Notes: generated by a model not told the origin, from the sequence alone. Shown: positions 26,150-39,110, numbered from the stretch's first letter. The stretch is 57,646 bases of DNA from Octopus sinensis (GCF_006345805.1 NW_021833854.1:1-57646); one strand, 5' to 3'. Made by a program: numbers and translations.

Positions 26150-27190
26150 TCAACATCAAAGAGGGGGATGTATTACTGGCCTTAGATGCGGTAGACGCAA
26201 ACTCAGCTGCTGGCTCCGATGGATTCCCAGCAATCCTTCACAAGTCATCCAAACGAGCTCTTGCAAAACCACTGTAGCTTCCTTGCAAGTGGTAAGTTCC
26301 CAGGCAAATTGAAGGAGAGAATAATATATCCTACACTTAAAGAAAAGAAGCAGAGCAGATGCTAAAAATTATAGCTCCATCTCTCTGACTTCGCACAATT
26401 AGCAAAGTCACTTAACGAATAGTCTGAAGGAAACTAATTGAAGAGAATGATTTTCTGACTGATGTCCAGCATAGTCTTTGACCAAGTGGAAGCTGCCTAA
26501 CACAGCTTTTGCAGCATTGCCACTTGATTTTAAAGCTGCTTCTCAACAACTCAAATGTGTGCGTGATATATCTCGACTTTGTAAAAGCTTTTGATAAATT
26601 TGACTATAGTATATGTCACAATCTGCGTAATTTCAACATAGTCTACAAACTTGGAGACTGGTCACATGACTTTCTAAATGTAGTGGTGGCCAACGGGACT
26701 TCCTCCAAGGAAATACAAATAAGGAGTAATATCCCACTGGGCGCTGTCTTGAAGCTACTGCTATTCATAGTGGGCCTCTCAAACATGCCCCCAGCTGATC
26801 AGATAGTCGCTTTTGCTAGCTATGCAGATAATACAAAAGTCTCTGAGAAGATATAAGAATCCTAGAGATGTGGCACATCTGCAACAAGATTTGGACTGAT
26901 GGGCTGAGGGAAATAATTCGCAGTTTAATGCTGGAAAATTCATAGCCCTGCGCTAACAACACGTGAAGCTGAATGAAAGGCAGACACAGGAGGAATTGCA
27001 ATCGCTGAATCAAAATGAGTGCCCGACTTGGGCAATGACGGAAGCGTATTACTAATTTCACAATAAAGTGCAGACGGTTGGCTGGATGGAGCCTTCGAAC
27101 TTTCAGAACGAGATTAGATTCGATTACTGCTTCCAACTATGATAAAACACATAGTGTAGAATTAACGACAGAACTAAAGGCATTCTAGCG
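26150..27190 (+). mobile_element. CR1/L2-group LINE reverse transcriptase relic
   Basis: AAGSDGFPAIL...ALAKPL; SCLTQLLQH...VIYLDFVKAFDK; NIPLGAVLKLLLF (GVPQGSVLGPLLF-like); YADNTK (YADD-like); many stops. Confidence 0.85.
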
Positions 27191-27380
27191 AAGCTGTAAA
27201 AGAGATAAACTATCTCAATGCGACTTTTACGTTTTCAGTTCAAATTCTGCCGAGGTCGACTTTGCCTTTCATCCTTTTGGGGTTCGATAAAAAGTAAATA
27301 CCAGTTGAGCTCCGGGATCGATGTAACTAACTTTACCTTCACCTATGAATATGGTGGGTTTGTGCTAAATTTCGAAATTA
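27190..27380 (+). mobile_element. SINE family A
   Basis: CAGTTCAAATTCTGCCGAGGTCGACTTTGCCTTTCATCCTTTTGGGG. Confidence 0.75.
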
Positions 27381-27419
27381 TTATTAAACTGGATATATAC
27401 ATATATGCACGTGCGCATA

Positions 27420-27690
27420 TATATCTTTTACGTGTTTCAGTCGTTAGACAACGGCCACGCTGGGGCACTACATTGGAGATTTTTTTCTTTTAGTTGAATG
27501 AATCGACACCAGTACTTCTTTTTGTTAAAGCTGAGACTTATTCTATCGGTCTCATTTGCCGAACCGCGGACATAAACGCACCAAGACTAAGCCCAATATC
27601 GAATCTCGATGGTCTCGTCTTCAAACAGTCCAGAATTGAAAGAGAAGCTGACCGTCGCTGAACACCATGCAGCCATAAACCATCAAAGTA
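27420..27690 (-). mobile_element. SINE family B fragments
   Basis: GTTTCAGTCGTTAGACAACGGCCACGCTGGGGCAC...TTGCCGAACCGC; a second tail piece ends near 27690. Confidence 0.65.
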
Positions 27691-27710
27691 TGTGCGTGTG
27701 TGTGTGTGTG

Positions 27711-27757
<47 letters not shown>

Positions 27758-27879
27758 TCTCTGTGTATGCGCACACGTGTCTGATAGAATGAAAGAGAGA
27801 GAGAGAGAGAGAGAATTCAGGTTTATGTGTATTATATTTTTCTAGAATTAATTCTGTCAGCATCGAGTGGTTTTAAAAT

Positions 27880-28400
27880 CCCCGAAGCTGTTACAGTTAA
27901 AACGCGTGAGACTGACTAAAAATAGCAGCCAAGTCTCCTCTAATGACCTCTCAACTATTTTCAACAACGGAAAGACATTGTCGGTATGAGTTAAAGTCTG
28001 TTTTGAATGTAGAAGACACAATTGTCTGGATTAGAAAACTTTACGTCTTTCGTCTCTTCCGTTACGTCCCTCCTAAGCGTTAAAAAAATACCAACTCTAT
28101 GTGGTCAACTGACAAGCTAGAAATAATAGCCAAATATGCTTCAAATCAAAGAGAGCAGTCATAGAACCATAGAATGAACGTAGAACATTGTTGTCCCAGG
28201 CGCATATATTTAAACAAAAATGGAGTAGTCACGGATAATGCATTTAAACATAAAGCTGTGTCGTCAGAGTGAGGCATTTAAGATCTGCTATACAGTTACT
28301 ACATCTGCTAAAAATAGCAGTCACATCCTTTGAAAACCATGTACTACTGTCTACAAGTAAAAAGAAGATCACATTAAATAATTCATTTCCTTCATATGTT
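27880..28400 (+). repeat. Diverged ~195-200-bp-period repeat (same family as 15400-15900)
   Basis: CTAAAAATAGCAGCCAA-type motif at about 27914, 28116 and 28307. Confidence 0.55.
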
Positions 28401-28724
28401 CATGTTTTGTTAAATGCTTTCCCAAATAAAATTCAATTTTGAAGCACTGATGAAGCTATAGGGTGATACACAAGCACACAACTAATAGTGCATTGCATCT
28501 TACGATAGAAACTGCTGTAAGCTGATGAAGTGCATGGCGTAATTTCTTATTCTCTAGTCATTTCCTTCCTTATTGTTGTTGCTCTCTACTCAACTGACAC
28601 CTTTCTCGAGAGCAAATATATATTGAGTACTAACACTAGGTTATCAGTGTCACTATGTCTAAGCGAAATAATAAAATATACACTTATAAATCAGTGTATG
28701 TGTTTATGTATACATATATAATAA

Positions 28725-28798
<74 letters not shown>

Positions 28799-29054
28799 TA
28801 TATATACATACATACAACACACACACACATGTATACATACACACACATAGGCACGAGTACACAGAAACAAATGTGTAGTGCCATTTAATCTTTTTAAAAA
28901 TTCTAGGAATGTAATTACAGCTTAATTGCTTAGAATCCAATCCTTTCGCGCCGCTGTCTAAGGAATTTGAAGTTCTGTTCTATACAAAATAACTAAATAG
29001 ATACCAAGCATACAAATATACTTTGATACATACATACATACATACATACATACA

Positions 29055-29085
<31 letters not shown>

Positions 29086-29288
29086 GAGTGTGTGTATCTG
29101 TGAGTGTATGCGCGTGTGTGTGTGTTTGAAGGTATGTATTCTTATACGCTTATACACACGCATACACATACACACATACGTATATATGTGTGAGGTTGTA
29201 TGTGTGTACAATGTAAGAATACACACACAGTTATATCATATTTGCATATTTAATTAAAATTATATGTAAATTATAAATACATATACGA

Positions 29289-29329
<41 letters not shown>

Positions 29330-29539
29330 GAATGTATGGGTAGATGGATGGATGATGGATGTCTAATGTTTTTCTTATTATTATAACACAATGTCTATAA
29401 AAGATATTCACAAGAATAAATTATTCAGCTAATCTGTTTTATCATTATGTCAAAATTTCAGTCGACTCCACGATTAATCTCCGGGTATTACAGAAAACAC
29501 GCACGCACACACACACACACACATACATACATACATACA

Positions 29540-29572
<33 letters not shown>

Positions 29573-29596
29573 GCATACATATATATACATATATAT

Positions 29597-29674
<78 letters not shown>

Positions 29675-29684
29675 GTATATATAT

Positions 29685-30069
29685 ATATTGTTGTATTTAG
29701 GAATGGTCATTTTGCCAGTTTAGCCATAAAAAACACACGCACTATATATTTGGTGTTACTTTGCTTCAGTGTTATTTATTTTTTACATTAATCTTAATCT
29801 TATTTCGGCCAGAGTTCTTTCGTCACACTCCCGTGACCGCATCAGTGGTCCTTTGTTTTCTTCTTACTTATTAGTAAGGAGAGACACAAATAAGTAAGAA
29901 GAAAAACAAAGGACGACTGATGCAGTCACAGGAGTGTGACGAAAGAACTCTGGCCGAAATAAGATTAAGATTAATGTAAAAAATAAATGACACTAAAGCA
30001 AAGTAACACCAAATATATAGTGCGTGTGTTTTTATTGGCTAAACTGACCATTCCTAAATACAACAATAT
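29685..30069. mobile_element. PLE-like inverted-repeat element with hammerhead-like motifs
   Basis: Arms 29685-29872 and 29889-30069 are near-perfect reverse complements; each carries CTGATGC[A/G]-GTCAC-loop-GTGAC-GAAA. Confidence 0.7.
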
Positions 30070-30122
30070 CTGTTTCAACACACGACTTCACATAAAAAAT
30101 CTTGCACAACAAATATTTAAAC

Positions 30123-30206
<84 letters not shown>

Positions 30207-30244
30207 GTATTTATATATATGTATTTCCCATATATTTTACGATG

Positions 30245-31090
30245 GTTTTCTGTATTGCATTCAGAAACTGCAGAAATGGTGTTTACATTGATTATCGAAC
30301 CTCTGGCAACATATTTAATATCAGGCACCTTGCTGCAAAAGCAAAGGTATTGACATCAATCACAAGAGACCTTTTGTATGCAGATGAATGTGAGCTGGTA
30401 GCGCACACAGAGATTGATATGCAACACATTTTGAATGCATTCTCTGATGCTTGCACTGCCTTAGGATTGACAGTCAGTCTCATGAAAACTGTTGTCATGC
30501 ATCAACCTGCCCCTGGTAAGCAGTATAGTGTACCAAATATCTATGTGTATGGTAAACGACTTGATGTAGTTGATCAGTTTGTCTACCTGGGAAGCACTGT
30601 TGATAGATATAGCAATTTGGATGATGAAATTCCATACAGAATTAGGAAAGCAAGTGATGCTTTCGGAAGGCTAGAAAGGCGCCTCTGGAGTCGGCGAGAC
30701 ATATGCAGAAGGGTCTTCCTATGATGCTGACATGCAGTGTCTATGCAAGACCCTGCTTCAGTAAAGCTGGACCGAAGAGTCATCTTCGTAGTCATAAAGC
30801 GAGACAGATGAGTGACAACCTGGCCACTGGTGGTGTAACACACCATACTAATCATATCTGTCGGGCATGTGGAAGATAGTGTAATTCGGCAGGAGGACTT
30901 AAACGACATACAAAGGTAATTGAAGCCCAGTTACAACTACAGCCGGCTATTACCAGTGAAGGTTTTAGTTGCCAATTCTGTACAAGACATTGTAGATCTT
31001 TAGCTGGGCTAAAAAGTCACATTCGACCACAGCACCAGTAACAGTTAAGCTTCGTGCAATGGCCATACTCGATAACGAGGGCCAGCCATC
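30245..31090 (+). mobile_element. RTE-clade LINE 3' fragment (RT plus C-terminal fingers, internally deleted)
   Basis: GVYIDYRTSGNIFNIRHL...RDLLYADECELVAHTE...FVYLGS...EIPYRIRKASDAFGRL (BovB/RTE-type RT), then three C2H2-like units and the tail GGCCATACTCGATAACGAGGGCCAGCCATCAT. Confidence 0.9.
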
Positions 31091-31155
31091 ATATATATGT
31101 ATATATAATAGTATATTATATTTTGCAAATAGTAATGGAGTGCTATGAATTATAT

Positions 31156-31220
<65 letters not shown>

Positions 31221-31869
31221 ATATAAATGGAATAAAAACGCAATAGAAGACATTAAAACGTTCGGAACGTTAGATGATACAAAGGCGGACAAGAGAAACA
31301 ACAATTAAAAAGATTGGCGAAAAAAAGGGGGGGGGGCATTCCTAGCTTTCTTTCATCATTCAAATCCCAGAAGTCACGACCATTTCGGGCAGTTACACTC
31401 GAGATGGTTCGATCTGGTTGCACCTCCCCCCCCCGCAAAATCTTAACCAAGAGCATTAGACCATATATGGCAAATGAAAGGCCAAAGTTGGAATATACAA
31501 GAATATATTATTAATCCCAACACATCTACCATCTATGTATGTATGCATGTATGTATGTGTGTATGTATGTATGTATGTATGTATTTATATATGTATGTAT
31601 ATGTGTATGTATGTATGTGTGTATGTATGTATGTATGTATGTATGTATGTATGTATGTATGTATGTATGTGTGTGTGTATGTATGTCTTGCTCAAAAGCA
31701 CAACATATAGCCCGGTCTGGGATGTATATATATATATGAGAGGTATTAGTATCCAGAAGACCCAGAATGTTATGTGGGGCTATAGATGTGCTATGGAAGG
31801 ACAGTAGTTAGACTCGGTTCAATAATACAAGTGAGGAGTCTAATGCGGGTCTTCTGTGTTTGTGTGTGT

Positions 31870-32178
31870 GTTAAATAAAATGAGACAAGAAAGCCAAGGC
31901 TGTGTGGAATTTATAGAACATTTATAAAGAGAAAGTTTGTCTTACAGCTGTTTCTGGGATATTAGGGATATCCCATCATCAGAGAGAGGGTATGAGAGAG
32001 TTAAATAGAGGTAAATAGTAGACTCCTTATATTGAACTTTACTATTCCCCTCTTTGAAACCGTCTCCGATGAAGGAATATCCCTAATATCCAAGAAACAG
32101 CTGTAAGACTAACTTTCTCTTTATAAATGTCCTGAAAATTCCATACAGTTTCGGCTCTGTTGTCTCATTTTATTTAAC
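31870..32178. mobile_element. PLE-like inverted-repeat element with two opposed hammerheads
   Basis: Arms of about 110 bp (31870-31982 / 32066-32178) in inverted orientation, each with a hammerhead motif. Confidence 0.8.
31939..31985 (-). ncRNA. Minimal type I hammerhead ribozyme motif
   Basis: UCU-CUGAUGA-UGGGAUAU(cccua)AUAUCCCA-GAA-ACAGCUGU-A-AGA: intact core, 8-bp stem II, palindromic stem III, GUA triplet, stem I only 3 bp. Confidence 0.75.
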
Positions 32179-32184
32179 GTATGT

Positions 32185-32375
32185 GTGTGGCCACCATCGC
32201 TTGACAACCGATGCTGGTGTGTTTATGTTCTCGTAACGGAGCGGTTCGACAAAAGGATAAGTACTAGGCTAACAAAGAATAAGTCGTGGGGTCCATTTCT
32301 TCGACTAAATCCCTTTAAGACTGTGCTACAGCATGGCCACAGTCAAATAACTAAAACATGTAAAAGAATGACAGA
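32185..32375 (+). mobile_element. SINE family B, 3' half
   Basis: CCACCATCGCTTGACAACCGATGCTGGTGTG...CAGCATGGCCACAGTCAAAT. Confidence 0.85.
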
Positions 32376-32639
32376 ATACACACACTCACTTACACACACA
32401 CCACACACACACACACAGTGGCTACTCTCAAACTTTTACACCTGGACCAGTCTTTCGTTAAGTCCGGTAGTGCTGACCACCCTGTTTGAAGAACATAATG
32501 TAAAATAACTGGAAACCCTAGAACAGATAATAAAAGTACGTTGATTGTTCCTAATCAGGGTGTCGGGGTGGCGTATTCGCAAAATCGTTGCAGCATCGGG
32601 AAAAAATGCCCTGTAGTAGGTATTGCTTCCTTTTCTTTA

Positions 32640-33545
32640 CATGATCGAATTAAACTTTCATTCCCCAAGGGTCTATAAAATCAAGTGCCAATCAACTTCT
32701 GGGTAGATTCTATCGCAACGTATCATCAAATGAAAGGATGGGCGTAGATCAGCAGAAGCCCATTCATGGATCTGATGGTAGAAAGCTCTGTAATGATAGT
32801 AACATTGATAATCAAAGCAGTCAATCATGGACTAATAACCAGATTACTAATTCTCTTTTCAAAGGGTTGGGGTTGCAAACCAGGAGCAACAAATGTCAAC
32901 CTGTTCCAGGAAAGCGACAGAGATGCACTAAAAAAACCCACGATGGGATGACCGATGCAGGCTTTGTGGATTTAATACCGAGGATACTGCACGAAAATGT
33001 CATCATGGTTTTATCTACCGATGAGACATGCTGTTATAGCCAAGACACTGTATGATGAGATCCGTCGGAAGGATAAGCCAAAGAAATAAGAAACAAGAGA
33101 ATGGTAAAGACCCTGGCCATTCATAATAAGAAAAAATACTGGTGGAATGTTCCAGTGAAAACCTGTCAGACCAGACAAAGATTTGGGATAGAGAAGCGAA
33201 ACTGTGTAGAGTTGTGGAAATTAGCTTCCCAGCGAATGTTAACATAAAACTGAAGATCTGCGAAAAAGAAAACACCTACCCTGAACTATTGAGAAATTTA
33301 CCGGATTACCCGGATTACTCGACCCGGATTACAAGTTCAGGATATGCGACAAACTAGTCAGCACCAGTTTTGAGAGATTAGGCTTCTTAGCACCAGAAAG
33401 GAGAAATCTGTTTCGAAGGCTACAGATCAAATCCATCACTGGAGCTGTAAAAAGTCATAAAACTTTCCAGAAGTTTATCATTTAAGCGTATATGCGCATG
33501 TCTAGACATGCAACTCTATGCATGAAAATACATTAAAAAAAACAT
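32640..33545 (+). mobile_element. 3' part of an R4/Dong-like LINE (zinc knuckle plus restriction-like endonuclease)
   Basis: DDRCRLCGFNTED..CTKMSSWFYLPMRHAVIAKTLYDEIRRKD; KKYWWNVPVKT; RPD..IWDREAKLCRVVEISFPANVNIKLKICEKENTYPELL (PD-(D/E)xK-type motifs); A-rich end. Confidence 0.8.
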
Positions 33546-33594
33546 AAAGATCTACACATGCGCACTGACTCCAAATATTCTTTTCTACTCTAGA

Positions 33595-33780
33595 CTCAAG
33601 TCCCGAAATTTTTTTTTGGGGGGGGGGAGGGCAGTCGATTAGATTGACCCCAGTACGTAACTTGTACTTAATTTATCGATCCCGAAAGGATGAAAGGCAA
33701 AGTCGACCTCGGCGGAATTTGAACTCAGAACGTAGACAGACGAAATACTGCTAAACATTTCGCCCGGCATGCTAACGTTT
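33595..33780 (-). mobile_element. SINE family A, alternative tail
   Basis: GGATGAAAGGCAAAGTCGACCTCGGCGGAATTTGAACTCAGAACG on the plus strand. Confidence 0.85.
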
Positions 33781-34015
33781 CTTATTTCTTTACTGCCCAC
33801 AAGGGGCTACACACAGAGGGGACAAACAAGGACAGACAAACGGATTAAGTCGATTATATCGACCCCAGAGCGTAACTGGTACTTATTTAATCGACTCCGA
33901 AATGATGAAAGGCAAAGTCGACCCCTCGGAGGAATTTGAACTCAACGTAGCAACAGATGAAATGCCGCTAAATATTTTGCTCGGCGTGCTAACATTTCTG
34001 CCAACTCGCCACCTT
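33781..34015 (-). mobile_element. SINE family A with Tx1-like tail
   Basis: Full head plus tail TTTGTCCCCTCTGTGTGTAGCCCCTTGTGGGCAGTAAAGAAA on the minus strand. Confidence 0.85.
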
Positions 34016-34879
34016 ACTGACTCCAAATATTGCACATATACACACACACATGCAAAATTACCCTGACGATGCTGTTGAAAGAGGCTTGGATCTAGGTTAG
34101 AAACCGGCTTCTTCTTCTTTACTGGCAAGAAATCTTCAAATATAAAACTGAATAATGACATACGTAAGTGCTTATCGAGTTTCTGCTGAAATTTATTCCT
34201 TTTCTGATATCAAATGATTAAATATTTTTAGTGGGAAGAGGGGGATGGGGGGGACACAAGTGTTGATTTCTGTCTGTAGTTTCATACCAATGACCCCGCT
34301 CCACCACCATCCTTCACAATCACCATCACCATCACCACCATCACACGTTCACCATCAACCACCAACCCCACCACCACCACCACCACCACCACCACAGCTA
34401 TCATCCCCAGCATCCTCACTATCACCACATTCACCACTATGACCACCATCATCACCGCCACCACTCACCATCAGCATCACCACCATCACCCCTGCGATAC
34501 TGTTGCCATAGCCACCACCACTACAAATAACAACCCTCCCAGCAGCACCACCACCCATACAACCAGTGACCACCTCCTGCAATTGACAAAAGAAAGGCTC
34601 TCTACGTGGTTACTTAGTTTGTTAGAAATGGCAGCTAGAACCCACCCTCAAATCACTATCATCTTGAGGCAAGAATAACGAAGGACACAAAAACATAAGC
34701 AGGATTGTGATAACCACTCAAGCAGATCTGACAACAACAACAAAATCAGTAGTGCAAATATGGCCGTCTAGTTAAGGTGTTGGCTACGTATATGGCTGCT
34801 TCTGAGTTCGATTCCAATCTATGATACCTTAGACATGTGCGTTCCCCCATAGTTTTGGCGTTGATAAAGGCTTTGTGAG

Positions 34880-34933
34880 AAAGGAGGCCTAAAGATGAAA
34901 ATGCAGCGAAACACACACATACACAGACGGTCA

Positions 34934-34969
<36 letters not shown>

Positions 34970-35035
34970 CGACAGGCTTCTTTCAGTTTCCGCTTACCAA
35001 ATCCTCCACTCACAAGGCTTTGGTCGGCCCAAGAC
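34880..35035 (-). mobile_element. SINE family B, middle part
   Basis: Plus strand GGCTTCTTTCAGTTTCCGCTTACCAAATCCTCCACTCACAAGGCTTTGGTCGGCCC. Confidence 0.75.
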
Positions 35036-35146
35036 TAGTTACTTACCACACAGTCATGCCTGCGTTTGTTCAAGTTTTAATATTCAGTTTCACTCTCGTC
35101 TTTGTCTGTCTAGACTTCTCCCTCTCTCTCTCTATATTATATACAT

Positions 35147-35267
<121 letters not shown>

Positions 35268-35443
35268 AGAGAGAGAGAGAGAGAGGGAGAAGTCAAAGAC
35301 AGACAGACAAAGAAGAGAGTTAAATTGAATATAAAAACTCGAACGATCGAACATTAAGAATAGCAATTCTTAACAACCAACAAGAGGACGTACACATGGA
35401 ATGTAGTAGTTTAACGCACAGGAAAAGTGGAAAGAAGGGTAGG

Positions 35444-35479
35444 TTTTCAATGTTTCGAGCATAGGCTCTTCGTCAGAAA
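35444..35479 (-). ncRNA. Hammerhead-like relic
   Basis: UUU-CUGACGA-A-GAGC(cuau)GCUC-GAAA-CAUUG-AAAA: core and stem II present, stem III and cleavage triplet degenerate. Confidence 0.4.
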
Positions 35480-36496
35480 GGAAGACAGAAAAGTTCAGAG
35501 AAGGAAAATATTTCTATCATATCTATGTATATACATGTATATGTATATACGTATATATGTATGTATATGTGTTTGTATGTGTATGTGTGTGAATGCATAT
35601 ATTTATCCATGCATTCACAAGCACACACAAACACATATATGGGGGAGAGCTTTGTCCCTCCGGACGCTGACCAGTAGTATTGATTTCCTTATACTTCAAC
35701 AACTTAATGTTTGGGTACAATAAAGACCGATGAAATAAAAACGATAGAAAAAGTACTGAAAGTCAATTTGTTAGATTAGAACCCTACAAAGTGGTGCCCC
35801 AGAATGGCTTCAGTCCGAAGAATACAACACCTAAACGAATATATGCAAGCCTGACTTATCACCACCACCACCACCCCGCCAACCCCTTCTCTCCTTACAG
35901 ACAACTGTTAGTTCAACCTGCGGTTTGGCCAACCCTGTTAATAGATACAGTCTGTTCCCTCTATATAGCAACATATGTTATAGATTACCAGTTTTTTTCC
36001 ATCATGAAATTCAACACCTGAACTTTTTTTTTCTTTTATTGTGTTTATAAAAACAAAAATGGAAAATTAACCACCAGCCGCCATTTTGTTCGGTTTACTA
36101 CACTTCACTTGGTTTGGTATTGTTGTTGTTGTTGTTACTGTTGTTGTTGTTAGTACTGTTGTTGATGTTTATGCACAATTCGACACTGATTGAGCAGAAC
36201 TACTAATATATGAGTACGCCCGTGTACATACATGTGTGTGCGTTTGCATGTGTATGTGACTCTATGTGTGTGTGTGTGTGTGCGCACATATAAGTATATC
36301 ACGTGTGTACATTTGGTGCCTGTGTAACAGTGGTGTGTGCGTGTCAATGTGTGTAAGTGTGATGTCTGTGGGAGCGCACACGAGGTTTCTTTTTAAATGT
36401 TTTGAACACGAAATATGCTTTAAAAGACCAGCAAATAACTCGATAATTTGACATCACAGAGAGTAACTTTCGAGTGTGTGTACAATATATTCAGAC

Positions 36497-36616
<120 letters not shown>

Positions 36617-38070
36617 AAAAACGAAAGGCTTATACTTGGCAGCTCACAGTGTTCGTTATATATTTGGTTAATGAGAGTTGGAAGATGGAAGACACAAGAA
36701 TTTCTATTAATCACGAATCGAGAAGATACATTGCAGAACTGCTATTCTAATGAGTTATATCTAGTATTGCCCGAAGAGACACATCTGCACCAACGGATGC
36801 TACTGAACCAGTTGTTAAGTATCCAACCCGTGCGGGATCTCGTCTAGATGGCTAACGATTGTTGTATTTCCATCTTCCATCTGTCGCTAACCATATATAT
36901 ATATGGTTACTACTACAATCAGAACTAACACAACCATCATCATCGCAACCACAGTCGCCAAGACCACCACCACAACAACCATCACCATAACGACCATTAC
37001 CATAACAACCATTACCTGAACAAACACCACTGCATAGACATACAACACAAAATACACATCACCAGTATGAAGAACATCACAACTAGTGCACACAACATCA
37101 GAGGGCGCACACCTTCACAACACAAAATACATATTCACAGCACCATCAACAGACAGACAACAGCACAGTAAACACACACACTCACACAAACACACACACA
37201 CACATACACAACATCAGTATCATCATCACTATTACCATCAACAAAAACGGCATTAAACTCGTCAATAACAGGAACAACACCAAAACACACATCCCCATAC
37301 ACATACACACACACATACACGCACACGCACACACAATTATCATCATCATCATCGTCGTCATCATCATCACCATCATCATCATCAGCAGCAGCAGCAACAG
37401 CGGCCTCAATCACACCAATAACAGGAACAACACCAAAACACACATCTGCCATACACACACACAGAAGCACACAGTCGTCAGACAATAAACACGCCAAACA
37501 AATACACACACAACTATGGAGGCTGCTTTTCAAAATATCCGGTTCGTCTTTCATTAAATATTAACGGCGGCAACAGACAAATTGGCATTCTATATATTTG
37601 ATAGTATCGTTGTTCGCTTGAAATAGAGGTTACTGGTGTATTATCATCACTCACACACACACACACACACACACAGACATGCACGTGTGTGTGTGTGTAT
37701 GTATGGTGTGTGGTGTGTGGTGTGTGTGTATGAGTCCGTGTGCATTCACACAGCTACATGTAAATGTTATTACACACATGCGTTGGTTTCCAAAATGTTC
37801 ACGTGCAAACATGCAGGTGTTCGCTTTTAGGAATGCATATTCACAATATGATATGCATATAAATAGCCATATATGTGTGGGTATGGGTGTGTGTGTGTAT
37901 GTGTGTGCGTGTTCGTGTGTGTGAATGTATATATGTATGTATATACGCATGTATATGCATAAATACATGCATATATACACATATATATATTAATGTAGTT
38001 ACATATATACTTACATATGTATTTGTGAATATACATATATATGTAGATATGTATTATATATGCACATATG

Positions 38071-38135
<65 letters not shown>

Positions 38136-38140
38136 ATGTA

Positions 38141-38192
<52 letters not shown>

Positions 38193-38375
38193 TATACGCA
38201 TATATGTATGAGCATATAAAATTACATGCATCTATATGTATATTTTATAAACTTATATATAAGTCTTACTTTCAAAATTGCATTCATACTTTTCTACCTA
38301 CGTACCTGTATACAACCATGCATGCACACACACACACACACACACAACACACACACACGCGCGCACACACACACG

Positions 38376-38430
<55 letters not shown>

Positions 38431-38764
38431 ATAGTGGAATTTTTCAAATATATTGCATACCCAGCCTCAAATCCCAGGGGTTACTTTATGATGTAGGGCA
38501 AAAAGTCTTCGAAAATGTCTAAAATTTAAAATATTTGCCATTGTAAATATATGGAATTATTTATTGCATTCCTTAAAGTTTTCAAAACAGAAATGTTTTT
38601 GTTCGGTGATTCTGCTGTCTGATTTTATCTTCTTTGAATGCAAAGGGTCGTAGGTTCGAATTCAACAGTAACGTTGTTTTCAGAATTCATTATTGTGTTT
38701 GTTGTTGTTGTGTTGCTGATGATGTTGTTAGTCTTAGGTCAGTTTTGATTTAGCGAACTCTCTA

Positions 38765-39110
38765 CATGCGCGTGGTCAAGTGGTTAGCATGCTGTACTCA
38801 CGACCCTAAGGCCGGGGTTTCGATTTCGAGACCTGGAGATACGTTGCATTCTTGAGCGAAACACTTCATTTTAATGCTGCTTCAGTTCACTCAGTTTCGC
38901 TGCGGAGTTAATCCCGCGACGGGCTGACATCTCGCTTGCTGGAGAGTGTCATCAACTCAGTAGCTTATGAGCCACGCAAAAACTGGCACTCCGTCGGCTG
39001 CGACGATGCAGATTGCAGTTGATTCCATCCCTCGTCGTCGTAACCGACGGAGTGCTTCCACCAGTAGATTCCATCAACGGAACGGCCTACTCGTGGAATT
39101 AACGTGGATC
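38765..39110 (+). mobile_element. tRNA-derived SINE head plus adjacent SINE fragment
   Basis: GTGGTCAAGTGGTTAGC A-box and GGTTTCGATTTC B-box; CCCTCGTCGTCGTAACCGACGGAGTGC occurs in both orientations at about 38985-39060. Confidence 0.65.

Noticed and set aside
28444-28522. CTGATGAAG...GAAACTGCTGTAAGC motif
   Set aside because: Stems I and II cannot be paired convincingly.
29987-30724. Longest ORF (245 aa) as a host gene
   Set aside because: A chance fusion of a PLE-like arm, a (TA)n tract and an RTE reverse transcriptase fragment.
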